The notes beneath the pieces are model-generated. The model was not told the origin of the DNA. It ran no database searches and saw nothing but the letters and a program-made list of their open reading frames with translations. The translations under genes were made by a program, and so were the position numbers. A stretch of DNA of 64,000 nucleotides from assembly GCA_963735035.1 (NCBI GenBank), contig CAVTJJ010000004.1, positions 96,001 through 160,000 on the forward strand. The letters run 5' to 3'. Position 1 is the first letter of the stretch, and every line of letters begins with the position of its first letter. Below are positions 18,421 through 28,824 of this stretch, in pieces. This DNA comes from an uncultured candidate division Zixibacteria bacterium. Its GTDB lineage: Bacteria; Zixibacteria; MSB-5A5; GN15; FEB-12.

Positions 18421-19810
18421 GCGCGGAAGAATCGAAAAAAAAAAGTCAGTCGACGTTGCTGACGACACAATCGCCGCTATCATTACGCCGCCCGGTCAGG
18501 GCGGCGTAGCCGCGGTTCGGATCGCCGGTCCAAATTCCTGCGAAATTGGGGAACGCCTCTTGCGCCTAAAGTCGGGGCGGAAGCTCACGCCGTTTTTGAT
18601 GCGCCACGGCGAATTTCTCACGTGCTCCGGGGAGTTTCTCGATGAGGTCCTGGCGGTGTTTATGCCGTCGGGTCGATCCTACACCGGCCTCGACCAGGTA
18701 GAGATATTCTGCCACGGCGGCCGCGAAGTCGTGAAGATCATTCTACATCAGATCCTGTCTTTGGGAGCACGCGCGGCTGAGCCGGGCGAGTTCACCAAGC
18801 TCGCCTTTCTGAACGGGAGAATCGACCTTGCCGAAGCTGAAGCAGTCGCGGAAGTAATATCAGCGTCGACCGAGGCTTCATACCGGGCCGGGAGAGACCA
18901 CCTGATCGGGATCTACTCAGAGTACGTAAGCACACTTCGCAACGATCTACTGGCCGCTTTGGCCGATATCGAGGCATCGATTGATTTCGCCGAAGACGAT
19001 GTCGCGCAAGTCGATACGACGATGTTGATAACTCGCCTCGAAGTTATCCACAATCAGATCACAGAGTTAGTCGCTTCTTATAATGGTGGTAGAATCGTTC
19101 GCGAGGGATTCCGGGTGGCGATTTGCGGCCGACCCAACGCCGGCAAATCGTCGCTCTTCAATACCCTTCTCAAACATGAGCGAGCACTGGTTGATCCCGA
19201 ACCGGGGACAACGCGAGACTATCTCTCGGAATGGATCGATCTCGGCGGGTTCGCAGTGAATCTGATCGACACCGCCGGAATGAGAGATGATGGTGATCGC
19301 GTCGAGAGACAGGGACAAGTAAAAGCCCAGGAGATCGTCGAGCGCGCCGATATGGTGGTGTGGGTCGCCGATGTCTCATCGCCAAGGTGGTATGAGACAG
19401 CGAATTCTGATATTCAAGCAGTTGTCAAGCCACGTAAGTTATTAGTGGGCAATAAAATAGACCTATTGACTACGAGTGACTATTCTTGGCCTTCGGGAGT
19501 AGTGCCAGTCTCGTGTCTCCGCGGTGATGGCCTCGATCAGCTCCTGGAGACTATATTACACTATATTAATGATACGATGCCCGACCTGACGTCCGGACAT
19601 GTGGTCACCTCGGCTCGACACAAACGTTGCCTCGAGCTGGCGGCCGACGGAATCAACCGAACACGGAATGCCGTTGAGCAGGGCGAGTCGGCAGAGATAC
19701 TGGCCTTCGAGCTCCGACAGGCGGCCGATCATCTGGGCGAGATCACTGGCCAGGTGTACACCGAAGAGATCCTCGGCGAGATTTTCTCCCGCTTTTGCAT
19801 TGGTAAATGA
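18417..19810 (+). CDS. mnmE: tRNA modification GTPase MnmE (apparent frameshift at the A10 run 18435-18444)
   Basis: [17 protein letters not shown]-terminus from 18464, [24 protein letters not shown]-terminus; the ATG at 18417 (overlapping the yidC stop) is out of frame unless the run is A8 or A11. Confidence 0.93.
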
Positions 19811-19829
19811 ACTGAACTGGATCGACCTC

Positions 19830-19845
19830 AGTTTCACGTGAAACC
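19830..19845. promoter_or_regulatory. parS site
   Basis: aGTTTCACGTGAAACc matches the canonical bacterial parS palindrome; parAB is nearby. Confidence 0.9.
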
Positions 19846-19876
19846 GGGGCAGGTTGTTCGTATATTAGGTAAATTG

Positions 19877-20072
19877 GTAGTGTCAGTTCCTGCGATTCGC
19901 CGACGCGAATCGTGTGAACTGACACCAGGAAGTGAACGACTGTCATGCGTCAGGTCACATTCACGTCCGGCCTCCGGCGGACCGCGAACAAGACCCGACG
20001 CAACGGTGAATCACTGAGATTGCCGCGCTACGATGTCTCGGCTGCTGGCGGACCATCTCCGCTCGCAATGAC
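19877..20072. repeat. REP-like cluster (family B pair + family D GAGATTGC...GCAATGAC)
   Basis: 19877-20004 resembles 2744-2870; 20016-20072 is the inverted relative of 36014-36070. Confidence 0.78.
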
Positions 20073-20103
20073 AGTGATCGTGACATAGGTTGATGCATAT
20101 ATA

Positions 20104-21969
20104 ATGTTAGATTTCGATGTCATAGTAGTCGGTGGCGGACATGCCGGCGTGGAAGCAGCCCTGGCAGTTGCCCGCATGCGCAAGCGAGCGGCCATTGTGA
20201 CCATGGATCGCGCCAAATTGGCCCTTATGTCGTGCAATCCGGCCGTGGGCGGAATCGGTAAGTCTCAGTTAGTCAAAGAAGTAGACGCATTGGGCGGTCT
20301 CATGGGACTGGCTACCGACGCCACCGGGATCCAATTTCGCAGACTGAATCTCTCCCGTGGCCCGGCTGTCTGGTCTACTCGGGCACAGGCCGATCGCATT
20401 GCCTACACTCAGTTTGTGGTCGATTATGTAGCTCGGCAGTCTCTGGTCGAGGTCATCGATAGTTTGGCTGATGAGATACTGGTCGAAAATGGACAAACAT
20501 CGGGAGTCAGGCTCGAGTCAGGGGAAGTCATAGGCGCCAAAGCGGTTGTCATTGCGACCGGGACATTCCTCGGCGGACTTATCCACATTGGAGAAACCCA
20601 GATTCCGGCTGGTCGAATCGGAGAACAGGCAGCCTACCGGCTGTCGGACAGTCTGCGGGCGCTCGGCTTCGAGGTCGGACGGCTGAAGACCGGAACGCCG
20701 CCCCGTCTCAATGGCGACACTATAGACTGGTCACAGTGCCAGGTACAGCCGGGGGAGGAGCAACCCCCATTCTTCTCGTTCCGGTCCAACCGACCGCCAT
20801 TTGAGCAGACTCCCTGCCACCTGACTCGGACTACCGAGGCAACCAAACAGATAATCACCGAGAACTCGCACCGTTCTCCGATCTTCTCCGGGCAGATCAG
20901 CTCGACCGGACCCAGGTACTGCCCGTCGATCGAAGATAAGTTCCATCGCTTTGCTGATAAGCCAACCCATCACATATTCCTCGAACCCGAAGGAAACGGC
21001 ACGAACGAAGTCTACCCGAACGGGTTTTCGACCGCCCTCCCCGAGGAAGTCCAGCGGGCGGCTATCAAGACTGTCATTGGCCTCGAACAGGTAGAAGTAA
21101 CCCGGCCAGGTTACGCAGTTGAATACGACTACTGCCCGGCCTACCAGATAGACCGATCTTTCGAGACCCGGCGCGTCAAAGGGCTGTTCTTCGCAGGCCA
21201 GATCAATGGCACGTCGGGGTATGAAGAAGCTGCTGCGCAAGGCATTATGGCCGGGATCAACGCTGTGCTCGGGATCGAAAACCAGCCACCGCTGGTTCTG
21301 AATCGATCCGAAGCTTATATTGGCGTTATGGTTGACGACCTGACCACCCGCTCCACGACTGAGCCTTACCGCATGTTTACCTCGAGGGCCGAATACCGCC
21401 TGGCACTTCGGGAAGATAACGCCCGCGACCGCCTTTGCGACTACGCCCGGCAGTATGGTTTGTTAGACCTGGGCGATCTGGACCGTTTCGACCAGCTCCG
21501 GGAACAGACCGAAATCGAAATCGCCAGGTTCGGACGGACCAGAGTCCAAGTTTCTTCGCTGGGCGAGCTGGGAGCGAAACTCGAGAAACGAGAAAATGTC
21601 TCGCTGGCCGACCTGCTCCGTCAGCCCGGTATCGGACTGGCCGAAATCCTTCCGCTGCTCAGTCAGAACGAGGGCGGTTTCTCTACCAACCGTGAAGTAC
21701 TCGAGCGGGCCGCAATCCGGATCCGTTATCACGGGTACCTGGAGAAGCAGCAGCGGGAAATTGACCGGTTCCGCCGCCAGGAGGAGGAATTGATTCCTGG
21801 CGAGATAGAATATCTGTCGATGGTCGGCCTTCGTCGCGAAGCCCAGGAGAAGTTAGCCCGGTTCCGACCGGAATCGCTCGGGCAGGCGGGCCGTATCGAA
21901 GGAATCACCATGGGTGATCTGGCGGTTCTGGCAGTGAACGTCAAAAGACTGAGGTCGGCTATCCAATGA
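20104..21969 (+). CDS. mnmG: tRNA uridine 5-carboxymethylaminomethyl modification enzyme MnmG (GidA)
   Basis: GGGHAG, MSCNPAVGG, KTGTPPR, GPRYCPSIEDK, GQINGTSGYEEAAAQG. Confidence 0.98.
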   Translation: MLDFDVIVVGGGHAGVEAALAVARMRKRAAIVTMDRAKLALMSCNPAVGGIGKSQLVKEVDALGGLMGLATDATGIQFRRLNLSRGPAVWSTRAQADRIAYTQFVVDYVARQSLVEVIDSLADEILVENGQTSGVRLESGEVIGAKAVVIATGTFLGGLIHIGETQIPAGRIGEQAAYRLSDSLRALGFEVGRLKTGTPPRLNGDTIDWSQCQVQPGEEQPPFFSFRSNRPPFEQTPCHLTRTTEATKQIITENSHRSPIFSGQISSTGPRYCPSIEDKFHRFADKPTHHIFLEPEGNGTNEVYPNGFSTALPEEVQRAAIKTVIGLEQVEVTRPGYAVEYDYCPAYQIDRSFETRRVKGLFFAGQINGTSGYEEAAAQGIMAGINAVLGIENQPPLVLNRSEAYIGVMVDDLTTRSTTEPYRMFTSRAEYRLALREDNARDRLCDYARQYGLLDLGDLDRFDQLREQTEIEIARFGRTRVQVSSLGELGAKLEKRENVSLADLLRQPGIGLAEILPLLSQNEGGFSTNREVLERAAIRIRYHGYLEKQQREIDRFRRQEEELIPGEIEYLSMVGLRREAQEKLARFRPESLGQAGRIEGITMGDLAVLAVNVKRLRSAIQ

Positions 21970-22573
21970 AGAATCAGAGGCAGGACCTGGGAGTCATAAA
22001 CGTGGCGGAGATTCTGGAACGGTACCTGGATCGACAAGAGCTGGACAAGTACTTCTCCGTCCTGATGGAGCACAACAGCCGGGTCAACCTTGTTTCACGT
22101 GAAACTTCCCGTGACAAATTCGACCGCCTGGTAGCCGAATCACTCCTGCCCTTGGATCAGTTGGTGCTCCCGGTCGATGGGTATCTTGACATTGGCTCAG
22201 GGGGCGGGTTCCCGTCACTCTCGATCCTGCTCAGCGGGCTCATCTCCGAGGGTGGAGTAATGGTCGAACGCACCGGGAAGAAAGCACAAGCCCTCAGATC
22301 AATGCTCACTGAGCTCGGTCTCAAAGGCCCGAGTGGTCCCCCAGAATCTCGAGGAAGTCAAAGATCTTCCCCAGGTGCGACTTGTTACTCTCCGCCTTGT
22401 GAAGCTCGATATACCTCTCCTTACCGAATCCGCGGTTTGCTCCGGCCGACGGCAGTGCTAGTCTATTACAGCCGTCCAGAGTTCCCGATGCCACGGTTCC
22501 AGCTCCTCAGACTTTCATTTATCGTTCCCTGCAACACAAAGAGCCCAAGAGCTTTACTATTTTCAAAAAGTAA
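21966..22573 (+). CDS. rsmG: 16S rRNA m7G527 methyltransferase RsmG (GidB), with about three apparent indels
   Basis: NLVSR, LDIGSGGGFP, E..GKK motifs; a sensible continuation (ARVVPQNLEE...VTLRLVK...LVYYS...FTIFKK*) requires frame changes near 22328, 22425 and 22486. Confidence 0.8.
22091..22106. promoter_or_regulatory. parS site inside rsmG
   Basis: TGTTTCACGTGAAACt. Confidence 0.9.
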
Positions 22574-22597
22574 ATCTTACGTAAGTCGATTTTTCCC

Positions 22598-22626
22598 TTG
22601 CGTATATCCGCCTGTCGGGGTACAAT
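22598..22626 (+). promoter_or_regulatory. Putative sigma70 promoter of parAB
   Basis: TTGCGT-17 bp-TACAAT just upstream of the parA RBS (AAGGAG). Confidence 0.5.
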
Positions 22627-22653
22627 CTGCACAGGACTTTCCATGACAAGGAG

Positions 22654-23418
22654 TTGTCTGTGAATAAGATTATCGCTATTGCCAATCAAAAGGGTGGAGT
22701 AGGCAAGACCACCACCGCAGTTAATTTGAGTTCTTGCCTTGCTGCCGCGGAACAGAAAACGTTATTGATAGACATGGATCCGCAAGCGAACTCCACCAGT
22801 GGTGTCGGCTATGCGCGTCATGACGACGACACCACGATCTACGATGCGCTCATCGGGAACGCGCCGATCGCCAACGCCATTCGTCCGACGCAACTGCCGT
22901 ATCTTCATCTGGTGCCGTCGGCGATTTCGCTGGTCGGCGCCGAAGTGGATCTGGTGGGGATGATGTCGCGCGAGACGCGCCTGCGTCAGACGCTCGCGCC
23001 GATCCTCGATGAATACAAGTACATCATCGTCGACTGCCCGCCGTCGCTCGGTCTCCTCACTATCAACACGCTGACCGCTGCAGACTCCGTCATCATCCCG
23101 ATGCAGTGTGAATACTACGCTCTCGAAGGCTTGAGCCAGCTCATGAATACGATCAAGCTGGTGCGGCAGTTTCTCAATCCGCAATTGAAGATCGAAGGCG
23201 TGTTGCTGACGATGTACGACGGACGGTTGAATTTGTCGAAGCAGGTTTCGGCGGAAGTGCGTGGTCATCTGAATGAGCGGGTGTATGACACGGTCATCTC
23301 ACGCAACGTGCGTCTCTCCGAAGCGCCGTCGTTCGGCAAGCCGATCATCCTGTATGACATCCTGTCGACCGGTGCGGAGAACTATCTGGCCTTTACGAAG
23401 GAAGTGATGGCGTCATGA
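22654..23418 (+). CDS. parA: Chromosome partitioning ATPase ParA/Soj
   Basis: [31 protein letters not shown]. Confidence 0.97.
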   Translation: MSVNKIIAIANQKGGVGKTTTAVNLSSCLAAAEQKTLLIDMDPQANSTSGVGYARHDDDTTIYDALIGNAPIANAIRPTQLPYLHLVPSAISLVGAEVDLVGMMSRETRLRQTLAPILDEYKYIIVDCPPSLGLLTINTLTAADSVIIPMQCEYYALEGLSQLMNTIKLVRQFLNPQLKIEGVLLTMYDGRLNLSKQVSAEVRGHLNERVYDTVISRNVRLSEAPSFGKPIILYDILSTGAENYLAFTKEVMAS

Positions 23419-24266
23419 GCAAGACGGTTTTGGGCAAGGGGCTGAGCGCGCTCATTCCGGGCGAACAGGATTCATCGGTCGATGAAGTCCATTATCGTGT
23501 CATCCCGCTCGATCGGATCGCGCCCAATCCGATGCAGCCACGGCAGCGTTTCGACGAAGTCGCTTTGGCCGAGCTGACCGAATCGGTGCGGCAGAACGGA
23601 CTCGTGCAGCCGCTAGTCGTGCGCAAGGACGGCACCGGTTTCACGCTGGTCGCGGGCGAACGTCGCTATCGCGCTTCGCGCATGGCGGGCCTGGAAAAAG
23701 TTCCGGCCGTCATCATGGATGAGCTTAACGATATTCGCATGCTCGAGCTCGCCCTGGTCGAAAATGTCCAGCGTCAGGATCTCAATCCGCTCGAACTCGC
23801 CGAGGCTTATCGACGGCTCATCGATCAGTGCGGTCTGACCCAGGCGCAGTTGGCGCAGCGCGTTGGTCGCAGTCGTGTCGCGGTTGCCAATCACCTGCGT
23901 CTGTTGGGTCTGCCCGATTCGATCAAGCGGCTCATTGCCGAAGGTCGGCTCACGGAAGGCCACGCCCGTGCTCTGCTCGCGCTCGACAACGAAAGCCGCA
24001 TGCTCGAGATGGCGGAGCGAATCGTCACTAACTCGCTGACCGTGCGCGATGTCGAGCAGGCCGCCCCTGAAAAGAAGAAGCGCCGTCGCCTCGAAGTTAA
24101 GCGGCTCAGCCCGGCACTGGCCGATATCGAGGGGGATATCAAGCGGCGGCTGCAAACGTCGGTCAAGATCGTTCCCGGCCTGAAACGGGGTCGGATCGAA
24201 ATAGAGTACTACGGCGAAGAAGACTTGAGTCGTCTCTGGCAACTTTTCCGTAAAATAGATGGATAG
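23415..24266 (+). CDS. parB: Chromosome partitioning protein ParB/Spo0J
   Basis: [44 protein letters not shown]. Confidence 0.97.
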   Translation: MSKTVLGKGLSALIPGEQDSSVDEVHYRVIPLDRIAPNPMQPRQRFDEVALAELTESVRQNGLVQPLVVRKDGTGFTLVAGERRYRASRMAGLEKVPAVIMDELNDIRMLELALVENVQRQDLNPLELAEAYRRLIDQCGLTQAQLAQRVGRSRVAVANHLRLLGLPDSIKRLIAEGRLTEGHARALLALDNESRMLEMAERIVTNSLTVRDVEQAAPEKKKRRRLEVKRLSPALADIEGDIKRRLQTSVKIVPGLKRGRIEIEYYGEEDLSRLWQLFRKIDG

Positions 24267-24268
24267 CC

Positions 24269-25054
24269 ATGGCCGCCCCGAAGTACGTGACCATCATGTT
24301 GGTGCCCGACGGGACCGCACCCCGTTCCGGTTGGCGTGTGCCCCAGTGGGTGTTCAGAGCGATTCTGATCGGTCTGGGCGTGTTGTTGGTAGGCATCATT
24401 TTGTTTTTCATCTACTACGGCACGATGGTATCCCGTGCGGCGATGACCGAACAGGTCCGCAAAGAAAATGAAGACTTGAAGCGTTACTACTACAAGGTAC
24501 AGTTGCTGGAACAGAATCTACATCAGGCGCGCGAAGTCGTCACTCGTATGGCGCACATGGCCGGTATGCAGGACTTTCAATTGCCGGAACTTCCCGATGA
24601 TTCCTCGCTCTTCAGCCAACTGACTCCTTCGGGCGCCACGCCTACAAACAAATCCAACGCTCCGAACTGGAGTCTGCCAGTAGGCTTGCCGGTGCAGGGC
24701 TACATCACGCAGCGTTTCGATGCCCGCAACGCGAGCACCTACCATCCCGGGGTCGACATCGCCTGCCCGGTCGGCACTCCGGTACTCGCGACCGGATCCG
24801 GAATTGTAGAATACGTGGCGTTTGATTCTACTTACGGCAACATGGTGGTCCTGCGTCATAACGACAGCGTGACCACTATCTATGGCCATAACGATAAGAA
24901 CCTGGTGCAAGAAGGTCAGCCCGTGCGAGTAGGCACCCGCATTGCCGATTCCGGCAACAGCGGTCGCTCGACGGCTCCCCATGTGCACTATGAACTGAGA
25001 ATAAACGGCGAACCAATAGATCCGCTGGAAAACCCGTATGATCAAGAAAACTAA
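24269..25054 (+). CDS. Membrane-anchored M23 family peptidase
   Basis: TM + coiled coil; HPGVD, YGH, GNSGRSTAPHVHYE. Confidence 0.92.
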   Translation: MAAPKYVTIMLVPDGTAPRSGWRVPQWVFRAILIGLGVLLVGIILFFIYYGTMVSRAAMTEQVRKENEDLKRYYYKVQLLEQNLHQAREVVTRMAHMAGMQDFQLPELPDDSSLFSQLTPSGATPTNKSNAPNWSLPVGLPVQGYITQRFDARNASTYHPGVDIACPVGTPVLATGSGIVEYVAFDSTYGNMVVLRHNDSVTTIYGHNDKNLVQEGQPVRVGTRIADSGNSGRSTAPHVHYELRINGEPIDPLENPYDQEN

Positions 25055-25466
25055 TACCAACGAGGCGAACGGACTAATGAATACCATTATCGGGAAGGAC
25101 ACGGTCATCACCGGCACGCTCGATGTCAAAGGAGCGCTGCGAATTGACGGTGAAGTGAAGGGCAAGGTCCTCTGTTCGGACTGCGTCACGGTCGGTGCGA
25201 CCGGTCACATCGAAGCCGACATCGAAGCTCAGACGGCGATCATCGCCGGTCATGTGGACGGCAATGTCGTCTGCAGCGACAAAATCGAGCTGCAAGCGAA
25301 GTGCGAGATGGACGGTGATCTCAAGACGAGATCGCTGGTTATCGAGCAGGGAGCCGTTTTCTGCGGCGCTTGCAACATGAAAGGCGGCTTGCCCGACCTT
25401 GGTTTTCTGGCTCCGGAACGCGATTCCGAGCGAGTCCAGGTCACCGGCGACGAGGAAGAGCGCTAA
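25038..25466 (+). CDS. Bactofilin (polymer-forming cytoskeletal protein)
   Basis: TIIGKDTVITGTL...LRIDG...IEQGAVFCG beta-helix pattern; M23-bactofilin pairing. Confidence 0.92.
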   Translation: MIKKTNTNEANGLMNTIIGKDTVITGTLDVKGALRIDGEVKGKVLCSDCVTVGATGHIEADIEAQTAIIAGHVDGNVVCSDKIELQAKCEMDGDLKTRSLVIEQGAVFCGACNMKGGLPDLGFLAPERDSERVQVTGDEEER

Positions 25467-25702
25467 TCCACAGTTCGGTCCGTTATGTGGAAAACCGCCC
25501 CAAATTGTGGATAGCGCCGTAACGCGTTGTTATTGATGCTGTTACGTTAACTATTCGACCGCTATAGTGAGTTGCTTATCCACAATAACGTCGCCAACTT
25601 AAGCTGATTATTCATTTTGGGTTAGGTGCAGCTTATAAAGTTCCGGATTAGGGTTTAGCCGTTTAAGTGATTGCTGCACCGCACGTTACGTGGATATCCA
25701 CA
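25464..25702. other. Putative replication origin (oriC): DnaA-box cluster
   Basis: TAATCCACA 25464, TGTGGAAAA 25486, TGTGGATAG 25506, TTATCCACA 25576 (perfect), ATATCCACA 25694 in an AT-richer 434-bp intergenic gap near parAB/parS. Confidence 0.7.
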
Positions 25703-25900
25703 ACATTGCCTCCACCGGGTCAGAATCCGCTCCCAAAGTCCTGGCGATCAGGCGTTCTTCTTCGAAGCGTCCCGTCGTGGCCGGGGAATCAAAAACTCTT
25801 GGGACGACTTCCTTGGCGACGTAACTTGTGTTCCATTACTGAGTATAAAGGTCTTGAAACTAAATAAGATACGACCTCGAACCGCTAACCGGAGGTAGAC

Positions 25901-26908
25901 ATGACGCCCTCAGAGGCCGGCTCAGACATCCAGGCAGTACAAAACCTCAACGCCGCGTGCGGGAAAATCAAAGCCGAAATCGGCAAAGTTATCGTGGGGC
26001 AGGACAAAGTTATCGAGCAATTGCTCGTATCCCTTCTGTCTTCGGGCCACTGCTTGCTCGTGGGCGTTCCCGGTCTGGCCAAGACGCTGATGATTTCCAC
26101 CCTCGCCCGCGTGTTGAACCTGAAATTCAATCGCATCCAGTTCACACCCGACCTGATGCCGTCTGACATCACCGGCACCGAGATTATCGAAGAAGATCGC
26201 ACAGCCGGTAAACGGGCTTTCCGGTTCGTAAAGGGTCCCGTGTTCGCCAATATCATCCTGGCCGACGAAATCAATCGCACGCCTCCGAAAACTCAAGCGG
26301 CGTTGCTTCAGGCGATGCAGGAACACGAAGTTACCGCGGCGGGTGAAACTTACAAACTCGAAGAACCGTTCTTCGTGCTCGCCACCCAGAACCCGATCGA
26401 ACAGGAAGGTACTTATCCGCTCCCCGAGGCGCAGCTCGACCGGTTCATGTTCAACGTCATCGTTGACTATCCTTCCAGCGGAGAAGAAGAGATGATCGTC
26501 AAGACGACCACCACGCTTGCCGCGCACGAGCTCCACCAGATTCTTTCAGCCGACGATATCGTTGCATTCCAGAGACTGGTGCGTCGCGTTCCGGTGTCGG
26601 ATCATCTCGTGCACTACGCCGTTCAACTTGTCCGCGCGACCCGACCACACGAAGACGGCGCGCCGGAATTCATCAAGAAATGGGTCAACTGGGGCGCGGG
26701 CCCGAGAGCCTCGCAGTATCTCATCCTGGCCGCGAAGACACGCGCTATCCTCGATGGTCGCCCAACGCCTGGCCCCGAAGATGTCCGCTTCGCCGCCTTC
26801 CCTGTCTTGCGGCATCGCATTGTGACATCGTTCAATGCCGAGGCCGATGGGGTCGACTCATTGGAAATCATCCGTCGGGTGCTGGAGACGGTGAAAGAGA
26901 AAGAGTGA
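25901..26908 (+). CDS. MoxR family AAA+ ATPase
   Basis: GVPGLAKT, RIQFTPDLMPSD, ADEINR, ATQNPIEQEGTYPLPEAQLDRF. Confidence 0.96.
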   Translation: MTPSEAGSDIQAVQNLNAACGKIKAEIGKVIVGQDKVIEQLLVSLLSSGHCLLVGVPGLAKTLMISTLARVLNLKFNRIQFTPDLMPSDITGTEIIEEDRTAGKRAFRFVKGPVFANIILADEINRTPPKTQAALLQAMQEHEVTAAGETYKLEEPFFVLATQNPIEQEGTYPLPEAQLDRFMFNVIVDYPSSGEEEMIVKTTTTLAAHELHQILSADDIVAFQRLVRRVPVSDHLVHYAVQLVRATRPHEDGAPEFIKKWVNWGAGPRASQYLILAAKTRAILDGRPTPGPEDVRFAAFPVLRHRIVTSFNAEADGVDSLEIIRRVLETVKEKE

Positions 26909-28161
26909 GCTCGCACCACCGCATATTTTTCGGTGACGCCCGCCGCATGGCGCGGGTGGATGATCAAAGCGTCCACCTGGTTGTAACATCGCCGCCTTAT
27001 TGGCAACTGAAAGATTACGGTGCGGCGGGGCAGATCGGGTTCGACGATTCCTACGAAGACTACATCAACAATCTGAATCTGGTGTGGAAAGAATGTCATC
27101 GGGTGCTCCACGACGGTTGCCGTCTGTGTGTGAACATCGGTGATCAGTTTGCGCGCTCGGTTTACTACGGACGCTACAAAGTTATCCCGATACGCACTGA
27201 GATTACCCGGTTCTGCGAGACGATCGGTTTCGATTTCATGGGCTCGATCATCTGGCAGAAGGTCACGACCTGCAACACAACCGGTGGCGCGACCATCATG
27301 GGATCGTTTCCGTATCCACGCAACGGTATCGTGAAGATCGATTATGAGTTTATCCTCCTGTTCAAGAAGCAGGGGAAACCGCCCAAGATCGATCCTGCCG
27401 TCAAGAAACTGTCGAAGCTCACGACCGAAGAGTGGAATCTGTATTTCAACGGCCACTGGAATTTCCCCGGCGAGCGCCAGAACGGCCACATAGCAATGTT
27501 TCCCGTCGAACTACCGCATCGCCTCATACGCATGTTCACATTCGCCGGCGAGACGGTGCTAGATCCGTTTCTCGGCAGTGGCACGACATCGCTGGCAGCA
27601 ATACAGACCGGGCGGAACTCAGTCGGGTATGAGATCAACCGGGAGTTTGAATCGAACATTCGTGAGAAGATCGACGACGTTGGAGCAGTGTTTCTTGATG
27701 ATAACGCGCGTCCTTCGCCGGCTGACTATGCCGAGCTACCGTACCTGTTCAAAGATCCGTTGATGCTTGACAGGAAGACTGATCCGCGCAAACTCAAGTA
27801 TGGCTCGGTCATTAGCGCGGAAGATACGATAGATTCTGGACGCGGTCGACACCGGGTACAGGAAGTGCTCGGGGGAGATCGAGTGCGGCTGGATGACGGC
27901 ATGGTGGTTCGCCTGCTCGGAGTGACGCCCATGCAGGGTCGAGAGATTGAGGCCGAACAGTTCTTACAAGCTCGCGTGAAAGGCAAAGAGATTACGCTCA
28001 AGTTCGATATGGTGCGGCGCGACGAGGCCAACAACGTGCTCGCTTATCTCTACTTGAAGAACCGCACGTTTGTCAACGCCCATCTGGTCAAACAGGGTCT
28101 CGCGACAGTGGATCAGACTTATCAGTTAACTAATCGCACCTTGCTCAGTTTCTGCGGATAG
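26905..28161 (+). CDS. Beta-class amino (probably N4-cytosine) DNA methyltransferase fused to a thermonuclease (SNase)-like domain
   Basis: GTG overlapping the moxR stop; VTSPPY (motif IV) before LDPFLGSGTT (motif I); C-terminal VRLLGV...LAYLYL...VNAHLVKQGLA. Confidence 0.88.
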   Translation: MSSHHRIFFGDARRMARVDDQSVHLVVTSPPYWQLKDYGAAGQIGFDDSYEDYINNLNLVWKECHRVLHDGCRLCVNIGDQFARSVYYGRYKVIPIRTEITRFCETIGFDFMGSIIWQKVTTCNTTGGATIMGSFPYPRNGIVKIDYEFILLFKKQGKPPKIDPAVKKLSKLTTEEWNLYFNGHWNFPGERQNGHIAMFPVELPHRLIRMFTFAGETVLDPFLGSGTTSLAAIQTGRNSVGYEINREFESNIREKIDDVGAVFLDDNARPSPADYAELPYLFKDPLMLDRKTDPRKLKYGSVISAEDTIDSGRGRHRVQEVLGGDRVRLDDGMVVRLLGVTPMQGREIEAEQFLQARVKGKEITLKFDMVRRDEANNVLAYLYLKNRTFVNAHLVKQGLATVDQTYQLTNRTLLSFCG

Positions 28162-28173
28162 GAGTCACCCGGT

Positions 28174-28818
28174 ATGAACGAACTCAGACCGCTTTCGTCA
28201 TTCCCGTCGACCGCCAAGTTGTTCGTGGGGCTGTTCACGACCCTGGTTATGCTGATGTCCTTCTGGGGGGTCTGGGATGCTACGACTGACAGCGAGTTAC
28301 CTGATGAAAACGGCGCTATCTCAGACCTTCGCCCCGCTGACGAGATCGATGCCATTGCGTCTGACAGCGAAACGGCTCTCGCACCGATCTGGGACACCAA
28401 CCATGCGGGTGAGCCGGCCCCCCTCAATTCGTCACGGATCGATTCGATGCAATCGGTGGCTGATTTGACGGAGGGTTATGACGGTGTCGGCGACAACGAA
28501 TACGATGGTGCGGTGGAGAATCGCCTTAGCCACAATATTCGAGTAGCACAATTACATGTGAGCGGGCGGATGATCTTGTTCTTCGCGCTTGGCGCGATCT
28601 TTCTGTTTACGTCGGTCAAACCGCTTATCAAGAAGATCGCATTTTGGCTGTTCGCGGTGAGCGTGGTCGGTTGTGGCACTGGACTGGTGGGGATGGGTCA
28701 CCATCGGCTGTTTTATGATGTGCTGGTGGTGAGCGACCTACTCATGCTGGCGATCGTTTGCTATATGTGCGCGACGATATATGTCGACCTAAGACACTCC
28801 CCACAGAAGGAGCAATAG
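28174..28818 (+). CDS. Hypothetical membrane protein (4 TM, acidic loop)
   Basis: ORF with AGGAG RBS and hydrophobic segments. Confidence 0.7.
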   Translation: MNELRPLSSFPSTAKLFVGLFTTLVMLMSFWGVWDATTDSELPDENGAISDLRPADEIDAIASDSETALAPIWDTNHAGEPAPLNSSRIDSMQSVADLTEGYDGVGDNEYDGAVENRLSHNIRVAQLHVSGRMILFFALGAIFLFTSVKPLIKKIAFWLFAVSVVGCGTGLVGMGHHRLFYDVLVVSDLLMLAIVCYMCATIYVDLRHSPQKEQ

Positions 28819-28824
28819 GCAACG

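Noticed and set aside
26680..26904. 75-aa N-terminal extension of the MTase ORF
   Set aside because: Overlaps moxR in another frame; GTG at 26905 gives a normal MTase N-terminus.
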